Shown in pieces: positions 58,017 through 64,000 of a stretch of DNA of 64,000 nt (position 1 is the first letter of the stretch; each line of letters begins with the position of its first letter). Below the pieces are notes generated by a model, which made no database searches, was not told where the DNA came from, and worked only from the letters and a program-made list of their open reading frames with translations. The stretch comes from an uncultured Lentisphaerales bacterium (GTDB lineage Bacteria; Verrucomicrobiota; Lentisphaeria; JABSQK01; UBA12247), in NCBI GenBank assembly GCA_943788985.1, contig CALSSJ010000017.1, forward strand, positions 1-64,000, written 5' to 3'. The translations under genes and the position numbers were made by a program.

Positions 58017-58964
58017 ATGAGGACTGCACGAATTAGATATCAGGGTGCGGGAGCATTCTACCACTGCATGAATCGCTGCGCAGGCTATGCGACAGATCGG
58101 CCTTGGGAGCCAAAGGAGCAGGAGTATTTCGTCAAGCTGCTACACCGGTTGAGCAAGTTCTATACGGTTGAAGTGATCAGCTATTGCGTAATGAGCAATC
58201 ATTATCATGTCGTCCTACGAGATCCGGGAGACCTTCCAACCGTGGAGGAGACGGTTCGCCGCTACAACAGCTACTACAAGGGGAAGCGGCAGATCGATGG
58301 CACAGTCGGAGACATTGAGCAAATTAGAGCTCGGCTCAGCGACTTCAGCCGGCTTCTGAAGGATCTGCAGCAGTTGTTTACAGGCTGGTACAACCGAAGT
58401 CGCCCCAAGCCACGGCGTGGGCGTCTATGGGGAGATCGGTTCAAAAGCGTACTGCTCGATGGGGAATCTGCCCTGTGGAGTTGCATAAAATATGTGGAAC
58501 TGAACCCGGTCCGCGCCGGGATCACTGATGACCCGGCCGACTACCGCTTCTCGAGTTGGGGGGCCTGGAGTGGTTCTGGCAAGCACCCGTTTGGGCGGGA
58601 ATTCTTTAACCATGTGAAGCGATCTCTGGGAAACCGGGCCAAAGGTTGGGCGATTGCGGAGGTCGCAGCAGAGCTTCGTGCTGACATGGCTAGGACCATA
58701 GAAGCGGAGCGTAATGACGCGACCAGCGAGTCGGTCAAAACGGCCTATGCTGAGGCGAAAAGAAGGCCTTCGCTTCAACTCGTGGCGACACGACGTATGC
58801 GCTACTGGACGGATGGCGCGGTGATCGGCTCCAAGCTGTTTGTGCAAAAGGTGGCGATCGACTTATACGGCGAGGAGAAAGCGAAGCGACGGCGATATGG
58901 CCGGGGAGAGCTACCGGAGGGGGGGGCGCTGTTTAGTCTGCGCTGTCTGCGACAGCAGACATAG
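58017..58964 (+). mobile_element. REP-associated tyrosine transposase (Y1/HUH, IS200-like) with long C-terminal extension
   Basis: YHCMNR, YCVMSNHYHVVL (HUH), G.LWGDRFKS, YVELNPVRAG..DP.DYRFSS, RMRYWTDG.VIGS..FV. Confidence 0.88.
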
Positions 58965-59034
58965 GGACGCCGACTCCCCTTGCCGTGATGGTCGGATACG
59001 TCGCTGCGCGCCTACGTTTATGGCTCCCAAGAAA

Positions 59035-59856
59035 TTACTTCATGCCTGCGTCTTTCGGTATCGAGAGGTCCACTGTGTTGGCCGGTAGATGCTTTACGCC
59101 AGTGACATCGGTGTAGCGCATCTGCTCACCGATTTTTCCGTCTTCCATTCTGAAGGTGCGATGACCACTTGCCAGCAGTACGCCGTCCACATCTTTTAGA
59201 TTGTCCAGGCTTAGGAACTTTATGGGTCCTGGCCCATTTGGAGCGACCAGCTTGCTCGTCACGCTGTAGTAGGTCCCCTTAGTGAGCTTCGTCTGGGGAT
59301 CGATGAGTAGCACATAGAAATCGTCTGGAGAATCTCCTGCGTCCTTGTTGTAGGTCACTCTCACCTGTGTGTATGCCTTGCCTTCAAATTCCATCGTCTC
59401 CGCAAGCTTCTCGAAGCTAGCGTTGGGATCATTGAAGACGAAAGGGATACCGATGAAGTAGAATGGGGTCAGCGCCCAAAATCGAGGTGGCGGCTTAAAG
59501 GCAGCGTCAGCAGGGAGAATCCACGCCTGGCCGTCGTTCATGCCAAATCGGACCTCTTTCCCTGGGACCTCATGTACCACGGCAAGAGTTTTGGGGTCTA
59601 CGGTCTGCACCGAATCGACGATAGCCTTCGGGCCCTTATCCGACATATGGTAGGTCCAGCGGAACTGAAGCTGGCCACTGTGATACCACTTGTCCGTGCC
59701 GCCATGCGCAGCCATAGACTGCATCACTAGCTCGCGCGCTTCATCTGTCTCACTCTGTCCAGAGCCAGCCTTTCCCCTGTGGCTACATGAAGCCAAGGCG
59801 AAACAACACATGATCGCCATAATCATGGCGGCACTTCTTCTGCTACAGAATCTCAT
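59035..59856 (-). CDS. Lipoprotein of unknown function (DUF6503-like)
   Basis: Lipobox LASC; SMAAHGG...W, FYFIGIPF, GDSPDD.YVL.ID. Confidence 0.75.
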   Translation of the reverse strand: MRFCSRRSAAMIMAIMCCFALASCSHRGKAGSGQSETDEARELVMQSMAAHGGTDKWYHSGQLQFRWTYHMSDKGPKAIVDSVQTVDPKTLAVVHEVPGKEVRFGMNDGQAWILPADAAFKPPPRFWALTPFYFIGIPFVFNDPNASFEKLAETMEFEGKAYTQVRVTYNKDAGDSPDDFYVLLIDPQTKLTKGTYYSVTSKLVAPNGPGPIKFLSLDNLKDVDGVLLASGHRTFRMEDGKIGEQMRYTDVTGVKHLPANTVDLSIPKDAGMK

Positions 59857-59943
59857 TTTGGGTGCTATTGCTGAGCTTGATTCAGTGGTTTGGCACTGCT
59901 TTTTGTACATGTATATTTTCCGTAATTTGCCCAGCAGGTTTGG

Positions 59944-60627
59944 CTATTCGGGAGCGTAGCGAGTCGGGTCGGGGACGGCGGCGTCTTCGAAGCCCTTGCT
60001 GCGGAGTACGCAGCTGTCGCAGGCACCGCAGGCGAAGCCGGCGATTGGGTCGTAGCAGCTGTGGGTGGCTCCGTAGTCAACGCCTAGCTCAATACCGCGC
60101 TGGATAATCTGCGCCTTGGTGAGCTGCAGCAGCGGGGCGTGGATCCGGAGGCGCTGGCCTTCGACTGCTGCCTTGGTGGCCAGATTGGCCATGGTCTCAA
60201 AGGCTTCCAAAAATTCGGGGCGACAATCCGGATAGCCGCTGTAGTCGAGCGCGTTTATGCCGATGTAGATGTCCTGCGCTGCAACGGACTCGGCAACAGC
60301 CAAGGCGTAGGAGAGGAACAAGGTGTTGCGCGCGGGCACGTAGGTGGTGGGAATCTCGTCGCCGATCGCGTCGACGGTGCCGGGCTTCGGGACCTCGCCA
60401 TCGCCCACCAATGCGGACCCCGCAAAGACGTCGCGCGGGATCTCGATGACGATGTGCTTGGCCAGACCTGCGGACTTCGCAATCTCGCAGGCGCAGGTCA
60501 GCTCGCAGGTGTGGCGTTGCCCGTAGGCGAAAGTGAGTCCGACTACGTCAAAGCCATCATGGCGAGCAAGTGCCAGGCAGGTCGTAGAATCCAGCCCTCC
60601 GGAGATGAGCACGACTGCCTTGGGCAT
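59944..60627 (-). CDS. queC: 7-cyano-7-deazaguanine synthase
   Basis: VLISGGLDSTTC, YGQRH, TYVPARN, DYSGYPDCRPEF, SCY..CG.CDSC..R. Confidence 0.97.
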   Translation of the reverse strand: MPKAVVLISGGLDSTTCLALARHDGFDVVGLTFAYGQRHTCELTCACEIAKSAGLAKHIVIEIPRDVFAGSALVGDGEVPKPGTVDAIGDEIPTTYVPARNTLFLSYALAVAESVAAQDIYIGINALDYSGYPDCRPEFLEAFETMANLATKAAVEGQRLRIHAPLLQLTKAQIIQRGIELGVDYGATHSCYDPIAGFACGACDSCVLRSKGFEDAAVPDPTRYAPE

Positions 60628-61436
60628 CAGCGCAGGCCCATGAAGTGATGCATTTGCGGGATGATGCGAACATCGCTGAGCCGCTCGCGGACCAACTCCC
60701 GCCAACGCTGGAGGTCTGCCATCTCGGGTACATCCTTCGCGCCGCTAATCGCGGTCATAGGCTGCAACACGAACGGGATGTCGGGTGCGAACTCCGCAAC
60801 CAGATTGCGAGCTTCGCAGATGTCGGCATCGGTGGTCGTGTTGTTGACCACGACCTTGATGGTGAGCGAGGCTGTTCCCTCAAGCGCCTTGGCGAGGAAG
60901 TCGCGATGCAGGCGCCAGCGCGGACGTTGGCCGGCGCTACTGGGCAGCTTGAGGTCCATGGCAATGATGTCTATCCACGGCTGAACGACGGCGAGTGCGC
61001 CGACTAAATCACCGGAGGTCTCGAGATAGATGCGCTGCCCGCCCTCGCGAATGAGCGGTAAGAGTCGCGTCAGAAACTGAGCCTGGATCAACGGCTCACC
61101 ACCGGTGATGGCCACTGCGTCATGGGGCCCGTGCTCGACTTCGGCTTTCTGAATCAGGGTATAGAGTTGCTCGGCGCTACAGGGGTTCTCGATCCGCTCG
61201 TCTGCCTCGAGAAAGCGAAACGACGGCGGCCGGAACTTGGGTGGCTGTAGGCCGGTGACGGTTTCTGGCGTGTCGCAAAAGCGGCACTGCAGGTGACAGC
61301 CATACAACCGGACAAAGAGATGGGCCTTGCCAAGCTCCGTGCCTTCGCCCTGGATCGAGCTGAAGATTTCGCTGACGTGGACCGAGGCCTGTTTCGCGGC
61401 CTTGGCGCTCTCAACAAGTGGTGCAGTGGCAGGCAT
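60627..61436 (-). CDS. queE: 7-carboxy-7-deazaguanine synthase (radical SAM)
   Basis: EIFSSIQGEG, FVRLYGCHLQCRFCDT, ITGGEPL, IPQMH. Confidence 0.93.
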   Translation of the reverse strand: MPATAPLVESAKAAKQASVHVSEIFSSIQGEGTELGKAHLFVRLYGCHLQCRFCDTPETVTGLQPPKFRPPSFRFLEADERIENPCSAEQLYTLIQKAEVEHGPHDAVAITGGEPLIQAQFLTRLLPLIREGGQRIYLETSGDLVGALAVVQPWIDIIAMDLKLPSSAGQRPRWRLHRDFLAKALEGTASLTIKVVVNNTTTDADICEARNLVAEFAPDIPFVLQPMTAISGAKDVPEMADLQRWRELVRERLSDVRIIPQMHHFMGLR

Positions 61437-62524
61437 TAGGCTGTAGCCTTCTTGCCGAGGATAATTCGTGCAGCAATCGTCTCAAGCATGACGCGCCGCG
61501 GGAGTGAGGAGGAGACTGCCAAGCGGTCGGCTCGGGCCAGCAGGGAAATTGCTGTGGTGATCTCGCTGCCCTTGTACTTGCGCGCTGCCTCGCAGACCAT
61601 GCGTAGCTTGAAGTCGGTCATCGCCAGAGCGGGACTGTGGCGAAAGCGTTGGCGTTGCTCCGCGGTCAACGCCTCAAGTCGGACACTGGAGCTATTCAGC
61701 TCATGGGCGAGGACTTTGACGGCGAGCATCTCACGAAAGTATTTGCAGACCATCCGCAGTTGGCCGATGACGGCGCTCTCGGGATCCTTGGTATGCCCGA
61801 GCACCTGCGCCATAGACTGGTAGGCCAGGTTGAGGTCGCGCTTGCCAAAGCCATCGGTAAGCGCGTAGAAGACGGCATCGCGATTTCCCACACAAACGTC
61901 GCGAATCTGGGCCAAGGATGGCTGATTGCCTGCGTAGCAAAAGATCTTCTCGCATTCATTGGGGATGCGCGCGGTATCCACACCGATCACCTCAGTGAGG
62001 TACTCGACGGCACCACGGGGAAGTGTGATCGCGCGCTCGGCAGCTGCAGAGCGCAGCAGTTCGGCGACACCATTGCGCCAGTTTCGGTTATTGAGCTCTG
62101 GCTTGGTCAGAAACTCCGGTTTTGCGATCTTCGCCAGGGTCTTGTAGACGCGGCGATTCTTCTGCAGACCAGCGCCGCTGATCACCAGGTGAATCTCTTC
62201 GGGCAGTCCGCTGGTGATTGCTTCCAGCAACTCGCCAACAGCGAGCGCGATGGGCGCTTTGTTGCGGATGTCGGTCTGCGTCCCTTCGTTAGCAAAGGGA
62301 AAATCTCGGAGCCAGACGGTCTTTTCGCCCCCGAACATGGACGGCGTCAGGATGCCGCCGATGGCCTCCCGGATTGCGTCAAGGAGCGTGGTTTCGTCGG
62401 ACTCACGATGCGTCTCTAGCGAGAACTCATCTGGCTGCGGGCCGGTGAGTTTATCGACCACGGCGCGTGCGCGCTCCGCAATGCGCGGTTCGTCATTGCC
62501 GGATATAAGAAGAACTTGGCCCAT
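61436..62524 (-). CDS. holA: DNA polymerase III subunit delta
   Basis: LLISGND, TPSMFGGEKTVW, I.NECEK..Y, VFYALTD; typical length and C-terminal helical domain. Confidence 0.8.
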   Translation of the reverse strand: MGQVLLISGNDEPRIAERARAVVDKLTGPQPDEFSLETHRESDETTLLDAIREAIGGILTPSMFGGEKTVWLRDFPFANEGTQTDIRNKAPIALAVGELLEAITSGLPEEIHLVISGAGLQKNRRVYKTLAKIAKPEFLTKPELNNRNWRNGVAELLRSAAAERAITLPRGAVEYLTEVIGVDTARIPNECEKIFCYAGNQPSLAQIRDVCVGNRDAVFYALTDGFGKRDLNLAYQSMAQVLGHTKDPESAVIGQLRMVCKYFREMLAVKVLAHELNSSSVRLEALTAEQRQRFRHSPALAMTDFKLRMVCEAARKYKGSEITTAISLLARADRLAVSSSLPRRVMLETIAARIILGKKATA

Positions 62525-62534
62525 GTGAGTGGGC

Positions 62535-63533
62535 TCAGGCGCCGCGCCACTGCTCGGCAACTGCGGCGAGTTCCGGATGCTCCATATACCAATTGCAGAA
62601 CTCCGGAATCCCCTTGGAGATCGGTGTCGTGGGCTTGAAGCCCAGCTTCTTGCCTGCCAGCTCGACATCTGCAAACGAAGCAGGTACATCGCCTGGCTGC
62701 ATTGGCAGCAGGTTCAGCTCGGCTTCCTTGCCTACAGCGGTCTCGATCAGGCCAATCATGTCCATCAGCAGTTCGCTGCGGTGGTTGCCGAGATTGAAGA
62801 CCTCGTATGGGTTCAGGCCATCCTGGAACAGCGATCCGCAGACACCAGCGATGATGTCGGCAACATAGGTAAAATCACGCTTCATCTTGCCGTGGTTGAA
62901 TACCGGAATCGGGCGACCGCGCAGAATCTTCTCGGTAAAAATCCACAGGGCCATATCGGGGCGTCCCCAGCGGCCATAGACGGTAAAGAAGCGCAGGCCG
63001 ACGGTCTGCAGGCCGTAGAGATGCGTGTAGCAGTGGGCCATCAACTCGTTCGCCTTCTTGGTCGCGGCGTAGAGGCTCACGGGCGAGTCCACCGAGTCAG
63101 ACTCGGAAAAAGGCAGCTTGGTATTGCCGCCGTAGACGCTGGAGCTAGACGCGTAGACGAGACGCTCGGTGTCGTTATGGCGGCAACATTCCAGGATGTT
63201 TAGAAAGCCTTCAAGATTGGCCTTTTGATAGACAAAGGGCTTCTCGATGCTGTAACGCACACCAGCCTGCGCTGCGAGATTGCAGACATGGGACGGCTTG
63301 TGTTCTGCGAAGACCGCAGAAAGCGTCTCATAGTCGCAGAGGTTCGCTTCAACGGGGACAAAGGCGTCTCCGTGCCGGCCCAGGCGCGAAAGCCGAGCGC
63401 GTTTGATCGCGACAGGATAATAGTCGCAGACAATGTCGACGCCGATGACACGGTGGCCTTCGGCGATCAACTGCTCAGCGAGGTGGTAGCCAATAAATCC
63501 GGCGGTACCGGTGACCAGAATAGTCTTGTTCAT
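62535..63533 (-). CDS. NAD-dependent nucleotide-sugar epimerase (UDP-glucuronate 4-epimerase-like)
   Basis: ILVTGTAGFIG, LAAQAGVRYS, YASSSSVYG, SLYAATKKANEL, LRFFTVYG.WGRPDMA. Confidence 0.93.
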   Translation of the reverse strand: MNKTILVTGTAGFIGYHLAEQLIAEGHRVIGVDIVCDYYPVAIKRARLSRLGRHGDAFVPVEANLCDYETLSAVFAEHKPSHVCNLAAQAGVRYSIEKPFVYQKANLEGFLNILECCRHNDTERLVYASSSSVYGGNTKLPFSESDSVDSPVSLYAATKKANELMAHCYTHLYGLQTVGLRFFTVYGRWGRPDMALWIFTEKILRGRPIPVFNHGKMKRDFTYVADIIAGVCGSLFQDGLNPYEVFNLGNHRSELLMDMIGLIETAVGKEAELNLLPMQPGDVPASFADVELAGKKLGFKPTTPISKGIPEFCNWYMEHPELAAVAEQWRGA

Positions 63534-63562
63534 GGGGGGCTCCAACGAGGAATGGCCTGAAA

Positions 63563-64000
63563 TCAGGCGCGTACAAGGTTTTGAATGGATTCGGAGCAAG
63601 CTCCGCGCGCGTCAACCATCACGCCGACGTACTGCGCAAGCTCGTCATGGTCGACGTTATCATGGGCGGTGGCGATGATTGCCACATCGTAGTTGGCGGT
63701 CTTGATCTCTTCAAGCGTCTTGCTGCAAATTCCAGCGAAATGACCGTGCTCGCGGGTTGAGGCCACTTCGGGGCAGAAGGGATCGTAGTAGTCGATCAGG
63801 CCACCGCGGGACTCAAGCTCATTCCACAGCGTGAAGGTCGGGCTCTCGCGCACGTCGTCCACGTTCTTCTTGTAGGCCAAGCCGATCAACAACACTTTCG
63901 CCCCTTTTAGAGCCTTGCCTTGATCGTTCAGCCCTTCCATCGTGCGCTGGACCACGTACTGCGGCATGGAGGTATTGATCTCACCGGCCAACTCGATGAA
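63563..64000 (-). CDS. Nucleotide-sugar dehydrogenase (UDP-glucose/GDP-mannose dehydrogenase family), C-terminal part; 5' end outside window
   Basis: FIELAGEINTSMP.YV, IGLAYKKNVDDVRESP, YYDP, ATAHD, DAR. Confidence 0.9.
   Translation of the reverse strand, partial: FIELAGEINTSMPQYVVQRTMEGLNDQGKALKGAKVLLIGLAYKKNVDDVRESPTFTLWNELESRGGLIDYYDPFCPEVASTREHGHFAGICSKTLEEIKTANYDVAIIATAHDNVDHDELAQYVGVMVDARGACSESIQNLVRA

Noticed and set aside
59944..61436. queC/queE as a 7-deazaguanine DNA-modification (dpd) or QatABCD defence system
   Set aside because: Both are canonical-length and lie in a housekeeping run with holA; no dpdA/tgt-like, TatD or ATPase partner is nearby.

Overview
GC-rich bacterial chromosomal window, most likely from a PVC-superphylum carbohydrate degrader (Lentisphaeria/Kiritimatiellia-like). 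This is inferred from two PVC-type CxxCH/beta-propeller/HEAT proteins, prepilin-type DUF1559/H-X9-DG genes, sulfatases and ThuA-like proteins. Intact modules are: an AraC-regulated PEP-hydrolase-like TIM barrel / Tm-1-like / Dabb cluster followed by a 1415-aa DUF1080-CxxCH protein and lutABC; a sulfatase-SDR-SDR-FAH-UxaA sugar-acid catabolic operon; an rnfB-por-rnfCDGEA-small ORF-FNR cluster with a sigma54-type promoter; GH36; a vapBC-type TA pair; a RAYT-type Y1 transposase; and a housekeeping block (nucleotide-sugar dehydrogenase, epimerase, holA, queE, queC). Many spacers between these modules are mosaics of short, abutting gene fragments. A 33-bp exact direct repeat (1485-1517 / 56293-56325) splits one PD-(D/E)XK gene across 55 kb. 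A shared C-terminal motif ([KP]G[TA]VxL[IV]R-stop) occurs twice and may be a sorting signal. A CTAG-flanked MITE-like element and several REP-like or structured repeats are present. Several single-base homopolymer frameshifts look like sequencing errors. All calls come from motif recognition by eye; no database searches were run.
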